A DNA stretch of 64,000 nucleotides from Craspedostauros australis (taxonomy: Eukaryota): NCBI GenBank assembly GCA_030167865.1, contig JALAGF010005488.1, forward strand, positions 62,001-126,000, given 5' to 3'. This document shows positions 34,612-45,643 of this stretch, piece by piece; position 1 is the stretch's first letter; each line of letters starts with the position of its first letter. The translations under genes were made by a program, and so were the position numbers. The notes under the pieces were generated by a model, which ran no database searches, was not told the DNA's origin, and saw nothing but the letters and a program-made list of their open reading frames with translations.

Positions 34612-36249
34612 TCATACCCAAACGTCATCGCTGTGGAGATCCTCATCTTCGCTGTTCAGCTCCGAATCGTCGTCGGGCAGAAGCTTGGCACGAATCAAGT
34701 TGAGCATGTTCTGATTCTTGCGCATGATCCGCCGCAGGATCGGATCGATTCTGCTGCAATCGGCTTTGGAGATGTTGCTGAGCATGCTTTGGATGTCGAT
34801 GTCGGGCTCAGACCAGAAGTGAACAGATCCCACTCTGTCGCATGCCTCAAAGATCTTCCTGACGATCTTGTTGGCCTTCGATTTGGAGAACAGGCTCGGT
34901 TTGGTCTTGGATTTGGACCGTGAGAAGTGGCGCATGAGATCTTTGTAGATGAGGTACTTCATGGCCAGCTCGGCATCGTGGACCATGTTCGTTGCGGACG
35001 GGTGTATCTTGCAATCCTGATGAGTCTCCCGCACCAGCACCAATCCTGAATGGATGGACGGCAGATCTTGCGAGTCGCGCAGATGGTGAAGGACTCGGAG
35101 ACGATACCGCTGTTGTCCATCCCAGGTCATGTTGGCAGGGGGCGCATCGTCTTCACTTGCTCTGCTGCTTTCGTCATCATCGTTATCTTTGCTGTCATCA
35201 TGATATGAGGCAGCACGACGCTGTGCGTGTTCTCTGCGGGCATCGATTCTGTCACCTCTGCCATAGTCATCACGGCCGTTATGATCATCATTGCTATGTT
35301 CTTCTTCCGCATCATCATCGTCACCGTCCTCGTCACCGTCCTCGTCGCTGTGTTCAGCTTCACTTTCGCTCTCGTCACTATCATGACTGTCACGAAGGCG
35401 ATGCCTATCGCTATGGTTGTGGCTGCGGGTATGGTCGAGGTGATCATGGTGGTCATCATCGCTGTGTTCTTCCTCCTCCTCTTGTTCTTCTTCCTCTTGT
35501 TCTTCTTCCTCTTCTTGTTGTTCCTCTTCTTCTTGTTCATCGTCATTGTCGTCATCGTCATCATCGCTGTGATGATTGTTCTCCACTCTGCTGTGGCTAC
35601 TGTCACTTCTGTTCTCATCTTCAGAGCCGTGGACTTGATCTTCCACACCCGACCAATCCGAGTCGCTGTGTTGGACATTCCTGGATGAGTATCTGGTAGT
35701 CTTTCGCACAACCCGTTTGAGCGGCACGGAGGGAGCATGCATCTTCTTGCGTTTGGCGACTCGCTTCGCTGGCCGATCCAATTGCTGCGGCTTGGCCTTG
35801 AAGTGCACATGGGACCGCGATCTCTTCTTGGCCGTGGCCTTGGATGGAGGCTTCGGTGCTGCCTTGCGTTTGGCGGGCGGCGATTGACGTGGTGGCGGAC
35901 GATGATGGTCCAGCTCGGAATCCGAATCGGATGGCGCATCCGCTTGCGACCGCGCGGATCGACGTCGCTGCGAATCCGAGGCGGACGCCCTGCTTGTCGC
36001 TGGTGCGCAGACCAAGGAATGCAGCTCTGTGCCATCGCTGGACGTGACGATGACCTCCCCGCTGTTGGACGGCGAGGGCTTGAGCAGCAGGTCCTGGCCG
36101 CCCTGGCTCTTCCCCGCTGGCAGAGGACACGGTATGATGCGCCGTCCGCGCAGCACGCGCTGGATGCCCGTGATGTTCCCGCTGTGGTTGGCCGAAGCGC
36201 CATTGCCGTATCCCGTGTTGACCCTGCGTCGTGCTGCTGTCCTTGCCAT
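34612..36249 (-). CDS. Hypothetical low-complexity protein (basic N-terminal half, Asp/Glu/His-rich middle, helical C-terminal domain), 545 aa
   Basis: Long ORF with NLS-like basic patches, an acidic tract and an ordered-looking C-terminus; no family recognised. Confidence 0.6.
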   Translation of the reverse strand: MARTAARRRVNTGYGNGASANHSGNITGIQRVLRGRRIIPCPLPAGKSQGGQDLLLKPSPSNSGEVIVTSSDGTELHSLVCAPATSRASASDSQRRRSARSQADAPSDSDSELDHHRPPPRQSPPAKRKAAPKPPSKATAKKRSRSHVHFKAKPQQLDRPAKRVAKRKKMHAPSVPLKRVVRKTTRYSSRNVQHSDSDWSGVEDQVHGSEDENRSDSSHSRVENNHHSDDDDDDNDDEQEEEEQQEEEEEQEEEEQEEEEEHSDDDHHDHLDHTRSHNHSDRHRLRDSHDSDESESEAEHSDEDGDEDGDDDDAEEEHSNDDHNGRDDYGRGDRIDARREHAQRRAASYHDDSKDNDDDESSRASEDDAPPANMTWDGQQRYRLRVLHHLRDSQDLPSIHSGLVLVRETHQDCKIHPSATNMVHDAELAMKYLIYKDLMRHFSRSKSKTKPSLFSKSKANKIVRKIFEACDRVGSVHFWSEPDIDIQSMLSNISKADCSRIDPILRRIMRKNQNMLNLIRAKLLPDDDSELNSEDEDLHSDDVWV

Positions 36250-37495
36250 GGTCGTTGTTGTCGTTGTCGTTGTCGTTGCGGCTGTTGCTGCTGTTGCTGC
36301 TGTTGTGCGTTCCTTTCTGCTTGCGCAATGTCGTCCTCGTTCTGTTGGCAGTTGGTGCTGTTACTATCAATGTTGTGATTGTTCCTCCTCTGGGCACTGT
36401 TCTGCGAGATGCTGTTGTGGGTGTTGCTAAGGAGGGCATGTTTGTTGGAGCCGAAGAGAGAGAGGAGGTGATGCGCAGCCTGGGCGGTACAGAAACTCCC
36501 ACCTCCCCTCCTTCCTCTTGGCACTCCATCCAAGATCGTCATGACATAGTCCCTTCCAGATCCCGTTGCGGACTCCATGTCGTGACTCAAAGCCGAGAAA
36601 AGAACTCATGATTGACGTTGGTGACAATTTGTCGACTGGCATGCGCAGTCGTGACGCGCACCACAAATTGTTGACATGTTTAGATACCGTAACGTGCGTA
36701 ACGTTGGATAATATTAGGGCGAAACGCCCAACGGTTACAAACCTCTGCACGTGGGATCCTGGGAGCACCTGCCAGCGAGCAACGACGCTCTATTTGTCAT
36801 TCGTTGATTTGATTTGTCTGTTCACGGCTGTGGATGTCGTTTGCTGTGTTGTTTTGTGAAGGAGACGCATTGGGGACGCGCGGCACCGTGGAGGCGGCCC
36901 TGCTTTAACTGCCGTCTTCTGATTTGCCCTGTCGTCGTCCGATACAGCCCAATTTTGAGGTTGAGAACGACACGCCATGACGCCACGACTGTGCACCTTC
37001 TTGCCTTGCCGTCGCGCGCTTGTCCCTGTGCGTTGATTTTGCGCCGTCTCTGTCTCTCTGTGTCTCGTTTTGTTTCTTGGTTGGTTGCTTGCTTGGTTGG
37101 TTGCTTGGTTGCTTGCTTGTGTCATCCTTGTGTTCCATCCACCGATGTACTCGCATCCGACCATACTTGTGCTCCATGTACTCCACGATGGGACACCCCC
37201 TTCGATCGAGTGTATTGGAGCGATAGAATACACGTAGGAGAGCAGAGAGAAACGTATTACCTGTACTCACAACCAATACAGAGCAGGTGTGCGAGTGGAA
37301 GCAAAGTCGTCACCCAAGGATCCAAGAGAGGAGAAACGACAAATCGCCCAAGGTCACAACATCCACCGACCCATCGACACCCATCGACACCCATCACCGA
37401 CCCCAAAAATTCATACCACCGACAGCGACACCGGCGCCCGCAAGGAGGATTCTACCACAGGACTTGCAGAGTAGTCGCAGTTGTAGCTGCAGCTC

Positions 37496-39508
37496 GTGCC
37501 GCGGAGCACGACGATGATCTTCCAAAACAAACGGCGCGGCGAGCGAAGGGCCGCATCCGACGGCAATTCTGGTTCGTCTGGGAGGGATGGCGCGCCATCG
37601 TCTTCGGCGACGTCTTCGCATCGCAAGCCCATCGCAATGAGGCTGAGGAGGTCGAGGCATCAGACAAGCTCGCAACCACAGCAGCATTCTTCGCAGTCGC
37701 AGTCGCGACAAACTGCAGAACAGCCGCAGTCCAGCACCCAAACGCCGAATCGAAAGCAGAAGCACAAGCAGAAGAATGGTGGTTCAAACATTGCTGTAAA
37801 CACAAGCACCACTACCACAGCTACCACATCGCCCAAGTCTCCACTGAGCTCCATGATGCGCCGGCAAGGCAGGAAGCAAGCGCAGAGGAGCGGCAGGCGG
37901 AGGGACGACTCCGGCGTTCGGATTGAGGAGATGAATGTCAACGAAACCAACTCAGGTTACGAGGTGTCGCTGGATCCTTTCAACGGGGAGGAGTCCAGGG
38001 AGCCCCAGACGCGCAAGAAGACTGGGGCCCCGGCCTACGGTGGCCGCAGTCGCAATCGGTACCTTCCTCACAACCGCAACTTCGGCCGCAACGCCGGACG
38101 CAGTCAAAAGCAGAGCCATGGCCACAGCAGCGGCAGCAGCAGTAGTAATAGCAGCAGCCGCAGCAGGAGGAGGGACGAGTTCAAATCACCCCTGCTGGCC
38201 ACCATCCAGGAGCAGCTTCGACATCGCCAGCGCTTGCACCGATCCCAATTCTCCCTCGACTTTCCTGCGCTGTCCATGAAGACGAGAAGCGCCCTGGCTT
38301 CCATCCCATCGCCCGCCAACGTCGACTGGAGGCCCAAGAAGCACCGCATTCCGCTGCTTGGATTTTCCATCCCGGAATCGCCCTACGACGACGTCCTCCA
38401 GCTCCTGCGCAGCGCGCCCTTTTCGGATGAAAGCAAGGCCGTCGACCACGAGCTCGATGAGATTGACAGGGAGCTGGCGGCGTTGGAGGCCGACCGTGGC
38501 TGGATCGAGACCAACTGGGGGGCTCTCGTACAGTCGACGTCGCGATCCATCGAAACATCCGTGCTGCCCACGTCCAAGTCCTGCACCAGGCCCAGAAAAC
38601 ACCTTTCCAGTTTGGATTGGGATGCCAACCGCTTGCTGGATTGCCCTCATTCACTCGCCAATGGAGAGCAAATTGAACTGCAGCACAACCGCGGCATGTG
38701 CCTCTCAGTCCGAATACAGAATTTCAAGACCAGGGAGAATTTCCTCGCCAAATGTGGCCATCGACACAAACAGCCCTACGCCAAACACGGCGGCAGCACG
38801 TTTCCATATTCCGCGGACATTGTCACCATCAGCCCCAAATCGTGCCGCATGGGCGGTGCTGGTGCCACCGTCCAGCAGGTTGCCGTGCTCGGCGGATCCT
38901 CCTCCAACACCAGCTCGTCCGCCTTCTTCATGAGCCGCGACAACCAAAAGTCGACGACGTGGGGCCATCTGCCACCGAAGCTCTTCCGACGCATGAAGCA
39001 GGGTGCTGGTCACGACGTCGCAGATCTCGAGTATCTGTCGACAGGACCCAGAGGCTGTTACTACGCCCAATTCCGGTCAGGGGAGTGTTGGTGGGGCAGC
39101 GCCGTCGATGACAGCGACTTTCACAACATCCTCACGCGCTGGGATGTCTACCGCGTCGTGTTCGGACCAATCGTCGTCATGGAGGACGAATACGGCCAGC
39201 AGAGAATGACCAGCTCATGGATCGTCCTGGGGTGCGATGGCAGGGCCGCATGGAAGAATCTGCCATCCAGACTGCATCATCGATTGGAAACAAGATTGGC
39301 CGATCGCTCGGCACCTGCGGAGGTGACGCTGGGTCCCGGCGATTCGTACTACGTTAAGTTCCTCGACGGCACGGTGGATTATTGTCTGCCCGCCATGATC
39401 GCCAGAGTGTGCGAACACATCGAGCTCAATGGCGGCGTCATCACCAACCTTGCCATGCATCCAGAGAACTCGCACGATTTTGTCATTCGACACACCGAAA
39501 TGCAATGA
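37496..39508 (+). CDS. Hypothetical protein with a disordered N-terminus and C-terminal ~40-aa repeats (likely ATG near 37514)
   Basis: 670-codon ORF with coding-like codon usage; recurring GP..(Y/W)..G...W..LP..L units. Confidence 0.75.
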   Translation: MPRSTTMIFQNKRRGERRAASDGNSGSSGRDGAPSSSATSSHRKPIAMRLRRSRHQTSSQPQQHSSQSQSRQTAEQPQSSTQTPNRKQKHKQKNGGSNIAVNTSTTTTATTSPKSPLSSMMRRQGRKQAQRSGRRRDDSGVRIEEMNVNETNSGYEVSLDPFNGEESREPQTRKKTGAPAYGGRSRNRYLPHNRNFGRNAGRSQKQSHGHSSGSSSSNSSSRSRRRDEFKSPLLATIQEQLRHRQRLHRSQFSLDFPALSMKTRSALASIPSPANVDWRPKKHRIPLLGFSIPESPYDDVLQLLRSAPFSDESKAVDHELDEIDRELAALEADRGWIETNWGALVQSTSRSIETSVLPTSKSCTRPRKHLSSLDWDANRLLDCPHSLANGEQIELQHNRGMCLSVRIQNFKTRENFLAKCGHRHKQPYAKHGGSTFPYSADIVTISPKSCRMGGAGATVQQVAVLGGSSSNTSSSAFFMSRDNQKSTTWGHLPPKLFRRMKQGAGHDVADLEYLSTGPRGCYYAQFRSGECWWGSAVDDSDFHNILTRWDVYRVVFGPIVVMEDEYGQQRMTSSWIVLGCDGRAAWKNLPSRLHHRLETRLADRSAPAEVTLGPGDSYYVKFLDGTVDYCLPAMIARVCEHIELNGGVITNLAMHPENSHDFVIRHTEMQ

Positions 39509-39662
39509 AACGCAATGCACTGCAATGCAATGCAATCATCATTACTATTATAACACAATACACATACCAACATTCCATAACACTCAAGCCCGAGAGAGAG
39601 AGACAACATGACCAATTGTACCATGCGTGTGTGCTGCTCCTAGTATGGCACTCTGCTTCAAT

Positions 39663-40442
39663 TCAATCGCGATCTCTATAACTCTCTTCATGAATTTCAT
39701 GCGGAAACACCAACCGACAAAGCTGCACATTTCCATGCAAGCCGACCGCCACGGTCTTGTCCAACTCTTCCAATAACTCGTAGTCGATCATGGCATCGAA
39801 CAGATCGCGAATTATCGGCTTTTGCGGCAAGATCAGCACTTCGTCGGACGGCGCTTCCCCATTCCAAGCATCGTCATTGTTGTAGTTGTCGTGTTTGTGG
39901 TCGTCATTATCTACCTCACCAGCCATCGACACGAACTCGAATTCATCATCCGCCGCTCCATTCTCAGGAGCATGCACGGACAGCACATGATCGGAATGAC
40001 GCTGCGGGATGAGGTACTCCTCATCGATCGGCGTCGTGATGATGCTGCCATCCTCCAGGTAGTTGAGGATCGATCCTTCCGTCTGCTCAGCCCCATCGTC
40101 TGATTGCCCCAAAAAGTCATCGTACAGTATCCGCACTGCCGGCTGCCAATTGTCATCCATCTCGACGCGACATCGCAATGCCACGCGCACCGCATCGACG
40201 CGCGCCACGAAGGCCGACGCATCGACCAACCGCAGATTCTGTGCGCGCACGGCCAGCGTGTCACCACGTGCGAGCTGCTTCGCGATGCGGCCCAGCGGGC
40301 GGATACGATAGCGGTCCTGGTCGGGCATGTACGCGACGACGACGCCCAGATGCCCATTCAAGGCCGAACGTTGCTGCAAATCCCGAAGCACGATGCGGGA
40401 CGCGTCCGGGAATTCGGGTGTGGTGTCATTGTCGTCTGGCAT
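39663..40442 (-). CDS. Hypothetical protein with an N-terminal SH3/KOW-like beta module
   Basis: RIVLRDLQQRSALNGHLGVVVAY..DRYRI..LAVRAQNL pattern seen in algal proteins; the start is uncertain because of the N at 40444. Confidence 0.6.
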   Translation of the reverse strand: MPDDNDTTPEFPDASRIVLRDLQQRSALNGHLGVVVAYMPDQDRYRIRPLGRIAKQLARGDTLAVRAQNLRLVDASAFVARVDAVRVALRCRVEMDDNWQPAVRILYDDFLGQSDDGAEQTEGSILNYLEDGSIITTPIDEEYLIPQRHSDHVLSVHAPENGAADDEFEFVSMAGEVDNDDHKHDNYNNDDAWNGEAPSDEVLILPQKPIIRDLFDAMIDYELLEELDKTVAVGLHGNVQLCRLVFPHEIHEESYRDRD

Positions 40443-40921
40443 TNGGGGGGGGGCAATACTGCTTTGCTGCGGTCGGCTGTAATCTGCTCCGGTTGCGTTC
40501 CGATGCCATGGTCGATTGTGGTGGCTGTTGCTCTTCGCCCATCATGATCTTGTGTGGTGATCTTTTTGCGTTTTTTCCCTGTTTGTCTTCTTTGGTATCC
40601 TTGTGTTTGACTCGTCCGAACTATTCTTGTGCAACAGTTGAATCTTGTTTGGACTCCCTCAATCACGGACTATGACGAGAAATCTGGGAAGCACCACACA
40701 AAACTACCAAAAACAGTCCAAACACATCACCCGCCCAGCATGATTCGAAACGCTTCCCTCCACCCACCCATCGATCTCGCTCTTGGGCCACTTCCCTCCT
40801 CCCATCAAACTCAACAGGCAAACAAACGAAGAAGCAAGCACTCGCGGACCTCAATTCCGTCAATCAATTGGTTAAAGTCTTCATCCATTCACAACAGCAA
40901 TCAAGCATAATACGCCGCAAG

Positions 40922-42362
40922 ATGATGTCGCCAATGTCTCGGCCAGATGGTCCCGGTGAGCAGGGAACCTTGAACATGCCGCCAGTGGTCGCAAGGATCC
41001 AAAACCAGACCGAAGACCACAAGACACCGATCTGCGTCCTCATGGTGGGGATGGCCGGTTCTGGCAAGACGACGCTCATGGCACAGCTTCAGGAATCTAC
41101 TTATCCAGACGAAGACGAAGAAGTGGAAGAAGGCGCCGGTGATGAAGAAAAGGAGGAAAGCCAAGCAGAGAAGACAGAGAAGGATGCGACCGACTCAAAC
41201 GTTGAAGACAAGGGCGCCAAGCAAAGCGAGGGAGAGAATGACGGGAAATCCAAGGCAGCCGAATCGCAAACTCCCGCGCTGTCGCCCGCTGGAACCAAGC
41301 AGCCAGCGTACTGCGTCAATTTGGACCCAGCAACGTTGGATGTTCCGTACGATGTCTCGATTGACATCCGAGATACTGTGGATTACAAGGTGCGTTTGTG
41401 GTGTTTGTCGTTTCCACAAGCAAACTATCAGCAGCTCCACGATGAGCTTTGGTTGTATGGGTGGTTCTGTTCCACACTCCCGCACCTGCAATCGTTCATT
41501 CTCTCTCTCTACTATTGTCTCTTCTGCTCGTTTTCTCACAACAGATCGCCTTTCCATTACCCATGCATCCAACGATCACTTTTGCACTCCATTTCTATGT
41601 ACCCCATTTCAATGCGCTTTACCCTCTTTCGGACTGCAGCAAGTGATGCAGCAGCACAATCTGGGACCGAACGGAGCCATCATGACCTCGCTCAACCTCT
41701 ACGCAACCAAGTTCGATCAGGTCATCGGCATCCTGGAATCCAGGGCTGACAAGAACACGATGGCAGAGTACCTGCTGGTGGACACGCCAGGTCAGATCGA
41801 GGCATTCACATGGAGCGCATCGGGCCAGATCCTCACGGAAGGCTTCGCTAGCACATTCCCCACCGTTATGGTCTTCGTCGTGGACACGGTGCGTTGCGCA
41901 TCATCACCGAACACATTCATGAGCAACATGCTCTACGCTTGCAGCATCCACTATCGCACGCGCTTGCCATTGGTCATTGCGTTCAACAAATCCGACGTCG
42001 TGTCGCACGAGTTCGCTCTGGAATGGATGAAGGATTACGATGCCTTCCAAGAGGCGCTGGACAATGCCAGATCGAATGACTCCACCGGCAGCACGGGATT
42101 TTACGATTCGTTGACGAGATCCCTCAGCCTCGTCCTGGATGAATTCTACCGGCAGTTCAGCAAGAATGCATGCGGCGTGTCAGCCGTGACGGGGGATGGG
42201 ATATCGGACTTTTGGCAGATCATCCAGAATGCGGCGACCGCCGACTTTGAGGAATACCTGGAGGACATCAAGTACCGCATCGAAGAGCAGGAGGCCAAGA
42301 AGAAGGCCATCTCCAGAGCCGAAGTGCGACGAATGCAGCAGGACATGCAGGGCGGAGAATGA
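40922..42362 (+). CDS. GPN1: GPN-loop GTPase 1 (XAB1/Npa3); exons 40922-41389, 41640-42362 (~396 aa)
   Basis: GMAGSGKTT, NLDPA, IDIRDTVDYK, LGPNGAIMTSLNL, DTPGQIEAFTWSASG, FMSNMLYACS, NKSD, SLVLDEFY, VSAVTGDG. Confidence 0.95.
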
Positions 42363-42766
42363 ATGAACCGTGTTGTAGTGCCATTTCGTATCACATCTGG
42401 AGATAGAGTACTTACGTGCTTGATTGTTTGTGCAACATGAGGCGATGGCACGAAACCGAGAGGAAGCCTGGGAGATGACCTGTCACGATGCCACATGCAC
42501 ACATTCAAAACATTGAGTCGATGAGGCACCAGTAAAGTAAAGTACTTCATTGTGCAGGGTACTATTGTAGTTGTGAGCCGCGATGGATGTTCCATCAAAG
42601 GGTCTTTCTTGGCATTCCATGCCTCCATTGTCAACATCTCGAGAGATCTTGGATGCGTCGCATTATCCCTTGGCGATCCAGAGGATAGTATTAGTCTTGC
42701 ACGAGCAGGCCAAAAGGTAGTGTGGGATACTGCACAATGGTGTGGAACAATAGTCGTACTGCCACA

Positions 42767-43936
42767 TCAATGCTTGGACTTCTTCTTTTTCTTCTTCTTG
42801 GAGCCGCCGTCGTCCTCGGAGCTTCGCTTCTTTGATTCCTCCTCTGGTATGAGATTGAGAAATGATTCCGGGAACACACCCCTCTTGACGGATTGCTCAA
42901 TCTCCTCGATCTGCGTGGCGGAGTCGGCGTTGGCAACCATCTGGCGGATCTGGTCCTTCTGTTCCTGCGTGAAGTTGGTGACGAAGGATTCTTCCGCGGA
43001 CCCGCCCTCACCGGGCACAAAGGTCTTGACGCCGTTCTTGGCGGCCTCGCGGGCTTCCCCTTGCACGTCGCTCTCCAGGGCCGCACCTGCGGCGCTCTTG
43101 GCAAGTCGCTCCGCCCGCTGCCGCTCTGACTTGCTGATTTTTATGTAGTCCAATGTCTTCAACGACGGTATTTGATTTATTGTGTACAGCCTGTAGTGCT
43201 GTCGTCCTGTTTATTGAAATGCGATTAGATGGATGGATGGATTGATGTATGGGTGAATTGATGTGAGAGAGTGATTGACCTGTACCGACACAGTTGGTGA
43301 TAATACGGAGCCATTCATACGACTAGAAGTTCCCATGGTTGAAACTATGCCCTGCCTGCAGTCGAGAACAGAGAGATCTTGTGACTTGTGGCCTACCCGC
43401 ACAACACAGCTATAAGTGCGTCATGCATCAGCCATCAGCAATCAGCAATCGGGCCACCCCCGACATTGGGAGACTGACGGGACAGGCTGACAAGCAGGCC
43501 GATCAACCACGCAGGTCAATGGAAGAGAAGAGACGAAAGCGACGAGTAACTTACGAGTGACAGGATTGCCATGAAGGCTGAGGACTTGGAGCTTCTCGCA
43601 GGCCTGGCCAAGGTTGACGACCTCATGCAGCGCGGATATGTTGTTGTTGCAGAGATTGATGTAGGTGAGGTTGGCAACGTTCTTCCTTATGTTGTCCGCG
43701 TCGATGGATGTGATGCTGTTGCCCATGCAGTTGAGCGAGGCAAGGCGCTGTAATCGCGGGAAGTTGTCGAGCCGCTGCAGCCTGTTGTCGGTGAAGTCGA
43801 TGGCATCGAAGGCGTCCTGAGTGACGGCGAGATGCTCGATGGACGGGATGGCCAGGCCACGCAGCACCAGCTCACGTTCCCCAAGCGGGTTCGTCCGCTG
43901 TTCCGACGATCCGATGAGTTCTGCGGAGAGTCTCAT
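42767..43936 (-). CDS. SNRPA1: U2 snRNP protein A' (LRR); exons 43555-43936, 42767-43206 (~273 aa)
   Basis: MRLSAELI..NPLGERELVLRG..IEHL, FDAIDFTDN, NFPRLQRL, GNPVT|RRQHYRLY, LKTLDY, and a C-terminal IRQMVANA..IEEIE helix. Confidence 0.93.
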
Positions 43937-44696
43937 GATTGATTGTATCTGCTTGTGTGAATGCGTGCAAGTGTGTCGGCAAGTGTGTCGACAAGTAGAG
44001 TAATAACGTCAACGGCCGGGGGTATGAATGAAAGCGCAGGCCTTGGTTGGATACGCGATACTACTGCAGTTGTTACGGCAACTGAAGTTGGAGTACTTCC
44101 TTGCTCTCTCTCTCTCTCTCTCTGTCCACCAATATGTTGCGACTGACTTCCAACGTTGGCTGTTGAATCGACGCAGAGTGATGACCCAGAAGCTTGTTTG
44201 GAGAAGATGAGGCCGATAGTGGCAGCACCAGGACGAGTATGTTAACGATGATGACGATGATGATCCTCTCCACTTTGTCGGCTCTCTTGGGATTGTCTTT
44301 GTCGGTGATGGTTCATTGATGGGCCGTCGACCACCCGCCCGCCATTGCGCAGTTTTGTTTTCACACCACAAAAAATCGAACTTGATCGGTTGGTGTTGGC
44401 GGGCTTTGTGATTTGAACCAATCGAGTGAGTCCATTCCCGTAAGTCATCCAATCTTGGAAAAAAGGATCTTGTGGAGACATGATCGTGTTCGGCAAAGAG
44501 GATCGCAGTCACATCGAAGCCAAAAACCGGGGAGAGAAAACGAGTCGACAAGGAGAGGCGGCTCATGAAACAGTTGATGGGCTGAGTTCATCCCCTCATA
44601 CGACCGCTCTACAATCTATTATACGTGGATGGTACTACTATTCCCGACTCTATTCTCGACTGCTCTGTACATAATTCAGGCTTGAACTCTCGCACG

Positions 44697-45401
44697 ATGA
44701 CACCGGAAGAAGCCGTGAAGACGATGCTGGCGGCCTCCGCGCCAGGACAGTTCGACGCTGTGGCAGAGGCCATCCAGAAGATGCAGAGCGTGGGCAAGTT
44801 CACGCTCTCGGACGGTTGGCTCGAGGCCGCCAGAGCTGAGAAGGGCATCGACCAGGGTCAGGCAGCCGTGCCAGATCACCCGCTCGCCAAGGAGCTCAGC
44901 GCAGAGCTGGAGGGTGACCAGCAGGCTGTCTTCAACCGAAAACCCAACGTCAGCACGACGTTCCGCTTCGACGGCAGCTCCGGCAACGCCCTCAAGCTCC
45001 TCACGACCGTCTCCCACGATGACACGAACAACCAGCACAGCGCCATGCTCAAGGGCTCGTGGGACATCGTCGCGGATTCGGACACTTCCGCCACCGTGTC
45101 CGCCGTCATGGACGTGCACAGCTACACCTACGAGAACTGCAACTGCCAGCTGCGCACCACACGCAAGCTTGCCGCGCAGACCGTCACGACTTCCACGGAA
45201 TGCCCCACGCTGGCCAAGGCTGTGGTCAAGGCGATGGCGGATTTTGAGCATTCCACCTTGGGCTATGCGGCCTCTGTGCCGGACAATGCCGCCGTGCGGA
45301 TGCGGGATGTGCGCAAGATCCTTCCAGTCACCAAGACCAGAATGAACTGGGATGTCATAGCGCATCGCAACGTCCGGACTCTGCGGGAGACGACCAAGTA
45401 G
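44697..45401 (+). CDS. F-actin capping protein alpha subunit-like (divergent, ~234 aa)
   Basis: N-terminal APGQFDAV; VHSYTYENCNCQL resembles HYYEDGNVQL; C-terminal RKILPVTKTRMNWD resembles RRQLPVTRTKIDW. Confidence 0.75.
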   Translation: MTPEEAVKTMLAASAPGQFDAVAEAIQKMQSVGKFTLSDGWLEAARAEKGIDQGQAAVPDHPLAKELSAELEGDQQAVFNRKPNVSTTFRFDGSSGNALKLLTTVSHDDTNNQHSAMLKGSWDIVADSDTSATVSAVMDVHSYTYENCNCQLRTTRKLAAQTVTTSTECPTLAKAVVKAMADFEHSTLGYAASVPDNAAVRMRDVRKILPVTKTRMNWDVIAHRNVRTLRETTK

Positions 45402-45643
45402 TGTGCGTCGTGACGAATTGTCTTCGACGGTTGCCTTGGAAGGACAAGAAACCATAGGAGTCCAGCGTACGAGTACACAGCGGTCGAACATTCCTATAGA
45501 GTCCTCGTTCATATTATACTGCTTCTCTGCTCTATCGCAGTTCTAGCAGTGTACCCCTTCACAGTGAGATGGCGGTCATAGAACTACTTATGGTGTGATC
45601 GTTGTGACGACTAGTTGGTGCGCCGTTCAGTTCTTTACTGTGT

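Noticed and set aside
35127..36590. All three minus-strand frames open over ~630 bp
   Set aside because: Explained by GC-rich low-complexity sequence; only the 34612-36249 frame has a plausible C-terminal domain.
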